The notes beneath the pieces were generated by a model. The model did not search any database and was not told where the DNA came from. It was given only the letters and a program-made list of their open reading frames with translations. A program made the translations under genes and the position numbers. Of a stretch of 64,000 nt of DNA, positions 1 through 8,525 are shown piece after piece. Source of the DNA: Verrucomicrobiota bacterium (GTDB lineage Bacteria; Verrucomicrobiota; Verrucomicrobiia; Limisphaerales; AAA164-E04); the NCBI GenBank assembly GCA_047947115.1, contig CP170459.1, positions 1,120,001 through 1,184,000 of the forward strand, read 5' to 3'. The first letter of the stretch is position 1. Each line of letters begins with the position of its first letter.

Positions 1-2
1 GC

Positions 3-1214
3 ATTCAGTTCAAAGAAGGATCTCCCTTTTCAACCGATGTCATCTATCTGAAAGCTGAACCCATGGACCACACGCTTCAGCAGGAAAAACTCTCCTGTGA
101 TTTGTTCCTCCAAAACGGCCTGCATTGTTCGGAAGCCAGGTATGTGAATCTGGTTATCAACGGTCAATACCAGGGTGTTTACCTGGACATCGAACCTATT
201 CGCTCGCCATTCAAAAAGCATCCCGGCCTGGATCCGGATGGTGTGCTGATCCGTGCTTCCACCTTTGGTTCTGCCGACCAAAAACCTTTGGGTGATTTAC
301 GCGGTAAGGGGGATGGATTGAAGCAATTGGAAACGTTTTTGAAAGAGGCTCAAAGCGTATCCAATGCCGACTTCAGCGCTTGGGTAAAGGAAAATATGGA
401 TTGGCCTCGTGTGCGTGATTATCTCGCGATGCAGGTCCTTTGTCATCGTTCGGAAATTGAAGCCAATGATTACTTCTTTTATCAGGATCCGGGCACCTTG
501 AAGTGGTCCTTTATTCCATGGGATCACAACAACGGAAACTTTGCCGTGGCCGCTTTCGAGAACCGGGTGTTGGAACCACGCATTCCGGTCTTTCCACAGA
601 CCATTCAGGATATCGGATGGCAACCGAATTATGCCTACCTGATCCATTCACGCATTTTTCGTCAGCTCGATCTGCGGTTGGATTACTTGAACCGGCTGCG
701 TGAATGGACGAGGAAATGGTTGCTGGAAGGAAAGATTGAGGGGCTGATTGAAGCCAATCATCAGCAAATACTGGAAGCGTATCCAGTGGATCCATACCGC
801 ACGCCGTACCATGAAAAAGATCCGTTTCTGAGTGCTGCCGATGATCTGAAAACATTTGCCAAGCAACACGGACGCCGTTTGATGGAGTTGATTGATCATG
901 CACTGGATGAACCCAGGCAAGTTGAAGTGGATTTTATCCAAAGGGATGGCGATGGTTGTCGGTTGAGATTGAAAAACGTCGGTCAGGAACCGCTGTCACT
1001 CCAGAACCTTCGTTTTGTATTCAAGCATGGCGAAAAGATCGTACGTCCCGCATGGCGAAAAACAGGTTCGCTTACGAACGGTCAGACCATCGAAATTGCA
1101 TTCGAAGAAGGTTTCCGCACCGGAGGTTTGTTTTGCGTTTTGCCGGTTCGTGGTGCGGATGATCGGGAACGAGAGATCCCAATGGATTTTTGTGTTATCC
1201 CGCCGATGGATTGA
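3..1214 (+). CDS. CotH kinase family protein (5'-truncated by window edge)
   Basis: Frame is open from position 3 (IQFKEGSPFSTDVIYLKAEPM...). CotH-like motifs YVNLVINGQYQGVYLDIE and ANDYFFYQDPGTLKWSFIPWD, plus a short C-terminal beta domain. Confidence 0.75.
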   Translation: MQFKEGSPFSTDVIYLKAEPMDHTLQQEKLSCDLFLQNGLHCSEARYVNLVINGQYQGVYLDIEPIRSPFKKHPGLDPDGVLIRASTFGSADQKPLGDLRGKGDGLKQLETFLKEAQSVSNADFSAWVKENMDWPRVRDYLAMQVLCHRSEIEANDYFFYQDPGTLKWSFIPWDHNNGNFAVAAFENRVLEPRIPVFPQTIQDIGWQPNYAYLIHSRIFRQLDLRLDYLNRLREWTRKWLLEGKIEGLIEANHQQILEAYPVDPYRTPYHEKDPFLSAADDLKTFAKQHGRRLMELIDHALDEPRQVEVDFIQRDGDGCRLRLKNVGQEPLSLQNLRFVFKHGEKIVRPAWRKTGSLTNGQTIEIAFEEGFRTGGLFCVLPVRGADDREREIPMDFCVIPPMD

Positions 1215-1242
1215 TCACACGTGAGCTACAAGGCGATTGGGT

Positions 1243-1498
1243 CGCCCCTTCAGGGCTCGGTGTAAGGTGAAATTGGATACCCAGGGCGATGCCCTGGGCT
1301 GGATTAGGGTGCACCTTTGATGCGTTGGAATGGAATCCTGTTGGGATAATTGATGATGCACGTTTTTTCACCTTTTTCCTTTTTGAATAATTAATCGAGT
1401 ATTCGCTCGAACCACGCCCCAACGGGGCATTCTACATCAGCCCGGGGCATCGCTCTGAGAATTGTCGTTTCCAATCATTTCAAAGCCCTGTAGGGGCG
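1243..1498. repeat. Inverted pair of REP-like palindromic units (REPIN/BIME-like)
   Basis: CGCCCCTTCAGGGCT (1243-1257) is the inverted match of AGCCCTGTAGGGGCG (1484-1498). CCCAGGGCGATGCCCTGGGCTG (1280-1301) is the inverted match of CAGCCCGGGGCATCGCTCTGAG (1438-1459). Confidence 0.7.
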
Positions 1499-1593
1499 TT
1501 CCAGGAAATGCCACAGTCTCGTGCAAAAAATTAAGGGCTTCATTCCACCGTATTCACCATTGAAACAAGGCTTCACTCCGGTAAAATATCCAC

Positions 1594-2694
1594 ATGATTT
1601 ACGATGCATCCATGGATGCTTTGATGGAGAAGGTGTGGGAAGGTCGGCGCGTTTCTGCTGATGATGCGCGTAGATTGTATACATTACCGTTGGAAGAGCT
1701 GGGTGCGTTGGCTCATCGCCGGCGTCTGTTGGCCAAGGAAAAGGCTTATGAAGGGCGTGGTAATGACATCATCACCTACAATGTCGACCGCAATATCAAC
1801 TACACTAACATCTGCAATGTGTATTGCAAGTTCTGTGCGTTTTACCGGACGGAAAAGGATGTTGATTCCTATGTGATCACCAAGGATGAACTCGATCAGA
1901 AGATCGAGGAAACGGTGGCCCTGGGTGGGACGCAGATCCTGATGCAGGGAGGGCATCATCCTTCGTTGGATTTGGATTGGTATTTGGACACGCTTTCCCA
2001 CATCAAATCGAAGTTCCCTCAGGTCAACATCCACGCTTTCAGTCCGAGTGAGTTCATTCATTTCCAAAAGCTATTTGATCTTCCGATGGAGGATTTGCTG
2101 AAGCAGTTCAAGGAGGCGGGACTTGGTTCGATACCCGGAGGTGGAGGAGAAATTCTGGTGGATCGTGTACGCAACCGAATTGCTCCGCTCAAGGCGACGA
2201 GTGATGAATGGATGGGTGTGATGGATGCCGCCCATCGTATCGGGTTAAACTCCTCGGCGACCATGATGTTTGGACACGTAGAGACATTGGATGACCGTAT
2301 TGAGCACCTTGAACGCGTTCGATCCCAGCAGGAAGCCTCAGGAGGATTCACCGCGTTCATTGCCTGGACCTTTCAGTCGGAAAACACCAAATTGAAGGCA
2401 GAGACAGTCGGGGCTCATGAATACCTCAGGATGCAGGCGCTGAGCCGCATCTATCTTGACAATGTCGAAAACATCCAGAGTTCCTGGGTCACGCAAGGGC
2501 TCGAAGTGGGTCAGGTGGCCTTGACCTATGGTGCCAACGATCTTGGCAGCATCATGATCGAGGAAAACGTCGTCAGCCAGGCCGGGACAACGTTCCAGAT
2601 GACCGTTGCCGACATGCACCGACTGATCCGTGATCTTGGATTTGAACCAAGGCAGCGGGATAATTGGTATCGATTGGTTGAGTCAGCGGGTTAA
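1594..2694 (+). CDS. mqnC: Dehypoxanthine futalosine cyclase (radical SAM, CofH/MqnC family)
   Basis: RNINYTNICNVYCKFCAF (CxxxCxxC), QILMQGGHHP, SIPGGGGEIL, ATMMFGHVET, NIQSSWVTQG, GANDLGSIMIEENVV. Confidence 0.9.
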   Translation: MIYDASMDALMEKVWEGRRVSADDARRLYTLPLEELGALAHRRRLLAKEKAYEGRGNDIITYNVDRNINYTNICNVYCKFCAFYRTEKDVDSYVITKDELDQKIEETVALGGTQILMQGGHHPSLDLDWYLDTLSHIKSKFPQVNIHAFSPSEFIHFQKLFDLPMEDLLKQFKEAGLGSIPGGGGEILVDRVRNRIAPLKATSDEWMGVMDAAHRIGLNSSATMMFGHVETLDDRIEHLERVRSQQEASGGFTAFIAWTFQSENTKLKAETVGAHEYLRMQALSRIYLDNVENIQSSWVTQGLEVGQVALTYGANDLGSIMIEENVVSQAGTTFQMTVADMHRLIRDLGFEPRQRDNWYRLVESAG

Positions 2695-2716
2695 ATCTTG
2701 TCCAGCATGCGTTACT

Positions 2717-2907
2717 GAACATTCGGTGGACCTGGAACCGAGGCTATCGTTTCTTGTCTTGTGACACATGCTGGTCAAGGCGAAACGACCACTGGGCCGT
2801 AATATCTCATTCTAGCGGAGGCCAATCTTCAGTTGATAGAATCAGAAAGGACCATTGAAGAGGCCTTGATGGACAAGGGGTATCACAGCAACGCATTATT
2901 GGAACGG
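2717..2907 (+). pseudogene. Fragment of a DDE transposase (IS1182/IS5-like)
   Basis: One frameshift and one TAA (2800-2802) give EHSVDLE/EAIVSCLVTHAGQGETTTGP*YLILAEANLQ...EEALMDKGYHSNALL, which contains the DKGY catalytic-Asp motif. Confidence 0.6.
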
Positions 2908-3049
2908 CCCCCAAGAAGAGTTTTTAACGGCGGAGTTGGGATGAGCGAAAAAGTGTGTTGTCAAATGCCTGGAATAGTTAGGACTGACCCCTGAAATTGA
3001 TAATCGGTATTGATGTTGCTTGAGGATGTGGTAGGGTGGTGGGCTCATT

Positions 3050-4420
3050 ATGACGTTGACTGAAAAAATTCTGGCTCGAGCCGCAGGGAAGGCTCAGGTC
3101 CAAGCTGGTGACAATGTTTGGGTCAAAGCGGATACGCTCATGACCCATGATGTTTGTGGTCCCGGCACCATTGGTGTTTTCAAACGCGAATTTGGCGAAG
3201 ATGCCAAGGTATGGGACAAGGAACGCATTGTCATTATCCCCGACCACTACATTTTCACCGCCGATTCTCGTTCAAATCGCAATGTCGATATCCTGCGAGA
3301 ATTTGTTAAACAACAGGACATCAAATATTTTTATGATGTGATTGATGATCCTGACGGGAAATGGGTGTTTAACCCTGACCAAGGTCTGCTGAAGAAGCAA
3401 TACGGTTCAAATTACGCCGGTGTTTGTCATACCGCACTGGCACATCGTGGTCATACTCGTCCCGGTGAAGTACTTTTCGGAACCGATTCGCACACATGCA
3501 TGGCTGGTGCGTTCAATCAATTTGCAACGGGCATCGGCAACACGGATGCCGGGTTTGTCATGGGCACTGGAAAGTTGTTGATCAAGGTTCCCGAAACCAT
3601 GCATTTCCGCCTCGAAGGCGAAATGCAACAGGGTGTCATGGCCAAGGACATCATCCTGCATATCATTGGCGAGATTGGTTTTGACGGAGCGACCTACCGG
3701 GCCATGCAGTTCGACGGTCCCGGCGCCAACAGCCTGACGGTTGATGACCGCATGACGATTGCCAATATGGCGATTGAGGCCGGGGGCAAAAATGGTATCT
3801 TTGAATTTGATGAGAAAACCAAGGCTTATGTGGACCATCGAACATCCATGAACGGCACACGTCCGAATTACGATCCGGTTGAAAGGGACGCCAACGAAAC
3901 ATTTGTTTCGGAGTTGGTCGTTGATCTCAGCAAGCTCGAGCCCACGATCGCCTGCCACCCTGATCCTGGTAATCGCAAGCTGGCCAAAGAGATGAGTGAT
4001 CTGGTTCTGGATCGGGCTTACATTGGTTCCTGCACGGGTGGAAAGACCAGTGATTTTCTGGCATTTGCCCAAGTGATCAAAGGGAAGTCTGTGGTCATCG
4101 ACACATTTGGTGTGCCCGCCACGCCTGAAATTGTCAACGATCTCAAGACAACCGAGTGGGACGGCAAGAGTGTATGGGATATTCTTTCAGATGCGGGTGT
4201 GCAGATGACTGAAAACGCCGGTTGTTCGGCTTGTCTCGGTGGTCCGGTGGATACTTTTGGCCGTATGAACAAGCCTATGAAGTGCATCAGCGCCACCAAC
4301 CGAAATTTTCCGGGTCGCATGGGGCATAAGGAATCCCAGGTATTTCTGGCATCTCCTGCCACAGTGGCTGCCAGTGCCTTGACCGGTAAAGTGACGGATC
4401 CTCGCGAATATTGGAGCTGA
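3050..4420 (+). CDS. leuC: 3-isopropylmalate dehydratase/homoaconitase large subunit (aconitase family)
   Basis: MTLTEKILARA, IPDH, GVCH, FGTDSHTC, YIGSCTGG, AGCSACLGG, SATNRNFPGRMG, LASPATVAASA. Three Fe-S cysteines are present. Confidence 0.85.
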   Translation: MTLTEKILARAAGKAQVQAGDNVWVKADTLMTHDVCGPGTIGVFKREFGEDAKVWDKERIVIIPDHYIFTADSRSNRNVDILREFVKQQDIKYFYDVIDDPDGKWVFNPDQGLLKKQYGSNYAGVCHTALAHRGHTRPGEVLFGTDSHTCMAGAFNQFATGIGNTDAGFVMGTGKLLIKVPETMHFRLEGEMQQGVMAKDIILHIIGEIGFDGATYRAMQFDGPGANSLTVDDRMTIANMAIEAGGKNGIFEFDEKTKAYVDHRTSMNGTRPNYDPVERDANETFVSELVVDLSKLEPTIACHPDPGNRKLAKEMSDLVLDRAYIGSCTGGKTSDFLAFAQVIKGKSVVIDTFGVPATPEIVNDLKTTEWDGKSVWDILSDAGVQMTENAGCSACLGGPVDTFGRMNKPMKCISATNRNFPGRMGHKESQVFLASPATVAASALTGKVTDPREYWS

Positions 4421-4456
4421 TCCATTCGACCGCAGGGTCATCGGCCAAGTCGTATC

Positions 4457-5392
4457 ATGGGCTTCAGTAAAAAATCACCTTTCGGACGAGAGAAAGCGCC
4501 TCGAGTGGGTTCCCAATCGAGGCGCTCCACTCAGTCCAAACCGAACATGGTTGCTCCGCATCCAAGCAAGAACGAGGATACCGCATCTGAAACAAAACTG
4601 CGGATCTTCATTCTTCCCAACCTGTTGACTGCTGGTAATCTGTTCTGCGGATTCCTGGCATTGACCAACATTGTGCAGGCAGATCCTGCACGCGACGACT
4701 TCAACAGTATTATTCTTAAAGCATTGTTGTTAATATTGTTGGCTTGTTTGTTTGATTTATTCGACGGACGCGTTGCCAGGATGGGCGGGGTGGAAAGTCC
4801 ATTTGGTCGTGAGTTTGATTCGCTGGCGGACATTGTTTCCTTTGGGGTGGCCCCTGCGTTTCTGGTTCACCGGATTGTCTTGAAGGATGTTTTTGTGCAG
4901 CATGAGGAATTCGGTTGGTTCATTGCTTCAGTTTATTTGATATGTGGAGCGCTCAGGTTGGCACGATTCAACGTGATGGCGGCTGAACCCAGCTCTGAAT
5001 CGAGCAAGGAGTTCATGGGTTTTCCCATTCCTGCCGCTGCGGGATTGGTGGCATCTCTGACACTTTTCCTGATGTGGTGGGAGGACAAGGGATTCTCCAC
5101 CGGCCAATGGCGTTATATCCTGCCTGTGCTGCTCATCTTCCTGTCGATGATGATGATCAGTGAAGTGAAGTATCCGTCCTTCAAGGGGATCGGTTTTCGC
5201 ACACGGGGAAGGTTTACCACTATCGTCGGTGCTATTCTGTTCATCGGTTTGATCTTTATCATGTGGAATAAGATTCTGCCGATTATTCTGCCCATTATCT
5301 TCACCGCCTATCTTGTCTATGGATTCATTCGTTTACGGCTGCCCCGCAACCGTCTGCGAGAAATTGAAGAGGAAGAAGATTTGGAACTGTAG
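4457..5392 (+). CDS. pssA: CDP-diacylglycerol--serine O-phosphatidyltransferase
   Basis: LPNLLTAGNLFCG, DLFDGRVAR...FGREFDSLADIVSFGVAPA, LRLARFN, FMGFPIPAAA. The true start may be the downstream ATG at 4547. Confidence 0.88.
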   Translation: MGFSKKSPFGREKAPRVGSQSRRSTQSKPNMVAPHPSKNEDTASETKLRIFILPNLLTAGNLFCGFLALTNIVQADPARDDFNSIILKALLLILLACLFDLFDGRVARMGGVESPFGREFDSLADIVSFGVAPAFLVHRIVLKDVFVQHEEFGWFIASVYLICGALRLARFNVMAAEPSSESSKEFMGFPIPAAAGLVASLTLFLMWWEDKGFSTGQWRYILPVLLIFLSMMMISEVKYPSFKGIGFRTRGRFTTIVGAILFIGLIFIMWNKILPIILPIIFTAYLVYGFIRLRLPRNRLREIEEEEDLEL

Positions 5393-5470
5393 GCTGGGTT
5401 GGATTAACTTTGACATCCATCCTCTCGGATATTAAGAATCTGGTATCGTCTTTGCTACACCAATAACATC

Positions 5471-6619
5471 ATGGAGGCCATTTTGAATTATAGAAATATG
5501 TTGGGAAAATCACTTTTAATCGCCGGAATCATGGGTTTGACGGCCGCTTCTGCTGACTTGCGAGCACAGTCTGTGGGTGTTGGATTCAACATCATCGAAC
5601 TGCCGCAGGGAAGCTCTCTGGTTTCCAATCCATTCCAGACCGGAAGTAATTTGGTTTCTGACTTGTTTGTTGCTGTTCCCGACGGATTTAGCGTTTCCAA
5701 GATGATAGATGGCGGGTGGGAGTCCAATGTATGGTCCGCCGATTCATCTTCCTGGTCGGTACCAAATATGAGTTTGTCTCCCGGTGAAGGTGCTCGCATC
5801 GATTCTCCATCTGCTTATCAATGGTTTACAACAGGAAAACCTTTGGTTGGACAGTTGCAGAACTGGATTCCAGAAGGAGATTCTGCCCGAGGCAGCCGGT
5901 TGGCTCTGGGAGGGTTGGTTTCCACGGATCTTGGATTGAATGCTCCTGATGGAACCACTCTTTTCAATGTGGATGGCGATGGCAACCTTGTTTCCGTTGC
6001 TGTGTTCACTGGTGGAGTCTGGGTTCCAGAAGAACCCAGTTTGAGTGTGGGAGGCGCTTTTGTCTTCAGCAGTCCCAGTGCATTCGAATGGGGGCAGGAG
6101 TTGGTGGTTGAAGGCATTGAAAACCCACTGGGATTTGCTCTACATCCAAGCGATCAGACCGTTACCGAAGGGGATAGCGTCACTTTGAGCGCCCAGGCTT
6201 CCGGTGCGGACAGTATTACTTATCAATGGCAGAAAAACGGCAACGATATTCCCGGTGCCACAAATGCCTCCTTTACAATCGAAGCAGCAGGTTCGGGTGA
6301 TGCCGGGCAGTATTCGGTGGTCGCATCGACTTCCGATGCAGCCTTGCGTAGTTCTTTTGCCACCGTAACCGTGGAGCCCGTTGTGGTGGAGCCCTCCACT
6401 CAACCCAGCACAGCCATTGTCATCACGGAAGGCGGTCTGGCGAGTGTAACCATTACCGGAACGGTTGGGGAGCTCTACACCGTTCAGGCATCCACCGATC
6501 TCGGAACATGGGTTAATCGTGCCACTGATTTGGCCAATGAAGAAGGAACGGTTGTCTTTGAGGAACGTTTCAGCAACAGACGTCCGTCACGGTTCTATCG
6601 TGTGATTGTCCAGGAATAG
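5471..6619 (+). CDS. Secreted immunoglobulin-domain protein with verrucomicrobial-type C-terminal domain
   Basis: Signal peptide; Ig I-set-like PSDQTVTEGDSVTLS...YQWQKNG...DAGQYSV; C-terminus YTVQASTDLGTW...RFYRV. Confidence 0.7.
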   Translation: MEAILNYRNMLGKSLLIAGIMGLTAASADLRAQSVGVGFNIIELPQGSSLVSNPFQTGSNLVSDLFVAVPDGFSVSKMIDGGWESNVWSADSSSWSVPNMSLSPGEGARIDSPSAYQWFTTGKPLVGQLQNWIPEGDSARGSRLALGGLVSTDLGLNAPDGTTLFNVDGDGNLVSVAVFTGGVWVPEEPSLSVGGAFVFSSPSAFEWGQELVVEGIENPLGFALHPSDQTVTEGDSVTLSAQASGADSITYQWQKNGNDIPGATNASFTIEAAGSGDAGQYSVVASTSDAALRSSFATVTVEPVVVEPSTQPSTAIVITEGGLASVTITGTVGELYTVQASTDLGTWVNRATDLANEEGTVVFEERFSNRRPSRFYRVIVQE

Positions 6620-6649
6620 TCATTATGCACTGTTCAACAACATTTTATC

Positions 6650-6686
6650 AAACAAACGCCTGCAATCCGCAGGCGTTTGTTTTTTT
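6650..6686. terminator. Rho-independent terminator (likely bidirectional)
   Basis: AAACAAACGCCTGC-aatcc-GCAGGCGTTTGTTTTTTT, directly downstream of the Ig-domain gene. Confidence 0.8.
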
Positions 6687-6782
6687 CCGGTCAATTCGAT
6701 GTAACTTTTTTAGAAACCTGCTTGTCTGGTCTGCTGAAATTAAGGAATTCTTTTGAGAATGGGACTTGAGTATTTGAAATCG

Positions 6783-8501
6783 ATGAAACGTATTGGCTTG
6801 CTTGCATCAGCTGCCGCATGTTGCGCTTTGGTGGCTTGCAAATCAGCCTATTACAAGAAGAAGACGGATAAGGAAGTTTACTCGATCATCGAGCAAATCG
6901 AATCAGACCTGTTTGGCGAGAGTGACGAGTTTACCATCAATACCCGGTATTCCGATCGTAAACCGGATGACATCAGCCCTCAGGAAATCATTGATGATCG
7001 AAATAAAAAGGAGGTCCAGCATATCGATGTCGATTCCGCCCTCCAGCTTGCCATTGAAAATAGTCGCGATTATCAAAACCAAAAAGAATCCCTTTACCTC
7101 ACTGCCCTGAGTTTAAGCGAAACCGAGTTTGTCTTCAGCCCGAATTTCCTGGCACGATCCACGGTTTCAGGTGATCGGCAAAGTGACGGTGAACGCACAG
7201 GCGGAGTCAATTCACGTCTGAGTGTGAATCAGGCTATGCGGTCAGGTGGCAATATCGGAGCGACGATTGCCAATGATCTTCTTCGTTTCTATACCGGAAA
7301 CCCCCGACGATCCGCCGTCAGCACCATATCGGTGAACCTGTTCCAACCCATCCTGCGTGGAGCGGGAAGCAGGGTGGCTACGGAAAATTTGAAGCAGGCT
7401 GAACGCAACGTTATCTATGCCATTCGGGATTTCAGTCACTTTCAGAACGAATTTGCGGTAGGCAAGGTATTGGATTACTTCCGTCTTTTGCAGGGGAGGG
7501 ACATCATTCGCAATAGTTTTGCGGATTATCAGAGCAGAACCAACGAAACCGCCCGTCTGCACCGCCAGATGGATGCCGGACGTGTCACAACCGTGGACAT
7601 GGGGGAAACCCAACAGGCCGAATTGTCTTCGCGCAATAATTACATCAATGCCATCGCGGATTACGGAACGTCTCTGGACCGATTCAAGATCGATCTTGGA
7701 CTGCCCTTGGGAATCGACTTCAAACTAGACGACAAAGCTTTGCAGTCGATCACTGAAAAGGGTCTTCCCATTTTGGATATTGATGCAGAGTATGGATTTG
7801 ACCTGGCTCTTGAGTATTCTTGGCCACTCATGAATGAAATTGACCGGTTCGAGGATGCCAAGCGTAAGGTCTATGTGGCTGCCAATCAGCTGAAGCCCGG
7901 AGTGGACTTTTTTGCGGACGCTTCCCTTTCGTCTGATCGCCCTACGGATTATACAAGTTTTGATCCGGATGACATTCGGGCCGGAATGGGTGTTGAACTG
8001 GATCTGCCGATCAACCGTTTTCGTGAGCGGAATCAGTATCGATCCACGATCATCAGTTTCGAAGCTGCACTGCGTCGTTTAAGTCTGGCTCTGGATAACA
8101 AACGCAATAACATTCGTTTGGGGCTTCGCAGTCTGAAACAATTTGAACAAAACTACGAAATTCAAAAGATATCGGTTGAGTTGGCAGCGAAACGTGCCGC
8201 AGGCGCCAGTTTGAATTATCAGGCTGGAAGAGCGAATGTGGATCAGATCGTGCGTGCCCAAGACGATCTGGTCGCCGCACGCAACAACATGATTCGCACC
8301 ATGGTCAATTATCTGGATGCACGCATGGCCCTTCTCCTCGAGATAGGTATTCTTCGCACCGACCGGGAATCATTCTGGATCAATGAAGCTGCCGTTGTCG
8401 TCGATCTGGTGACAGGCGAACCTAAACCAGAAGATCCCGCTCAAACACCTGACAATCAAGAAGAGGTAAAACTCCTCACACCTGACGAACTTTTTCAATA
8501 A
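6783..8501 (+). CDS. TolC family outer-membrane efflux protein (lipoprotein)
   Basis: Lipobox-like ALVAC; two OEP-like repeats (ALQLAIENSRDYQ..., SVNLFQPILRG..., GVELDLPINR...). First gene of an efflux operon; ATG at 6783 chosen as start. Confidence 0.8.
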   Translation: MKRIGLLASAAACCALVACKSAYYKKKTDKEVYSIIEQIESDLFGESDEFTINTRYSDRKPDDISPQEIIDDRNKKEVQHIDVDSALQLAIENSRDYQNQKESLYLTALSLSETEFVFSPNFLARSTVSGDRQSDGERTGGVNSRLSVNQAMRSGGNIGATIANDLLRFYTGNPRRSAVSTISVNLFQPILRGAGSRVATENLKQAERNVIYAIRDFSHFQNEFAVGKVLDYFRLLQGRDIIRNSFADYQSRTNETARLHRQMDAGRVTTVDMGETQQAELSSRNNYINAIADYGTSLDRFKIDLGLPLGIDFKLDDKALQSITEKGLPILDIDAEYGFDLALEYSWPLMNEIDRFEDAKRKVYVAANQLKPGVDFFADASLSSDRPTDYTSFDPDDIRAGMGVELDLPINRFRERNQYRSTIISFEAALRRLSLALDNKRNNIRLGLRSLKQFEQNYEIQKISVELAAKRAAGASLNYQAGRANVDQIVRAQDDLVAARNNMIRTMVNYLDARMALLLEIGILRTDRESFWINEAAVVVDLVTGEPKPEDPAQTPDNQEEVKLLTPDELFQ

Positions 8502-8525
8502 GTAGAAACGTTGTAATTTTCCATT

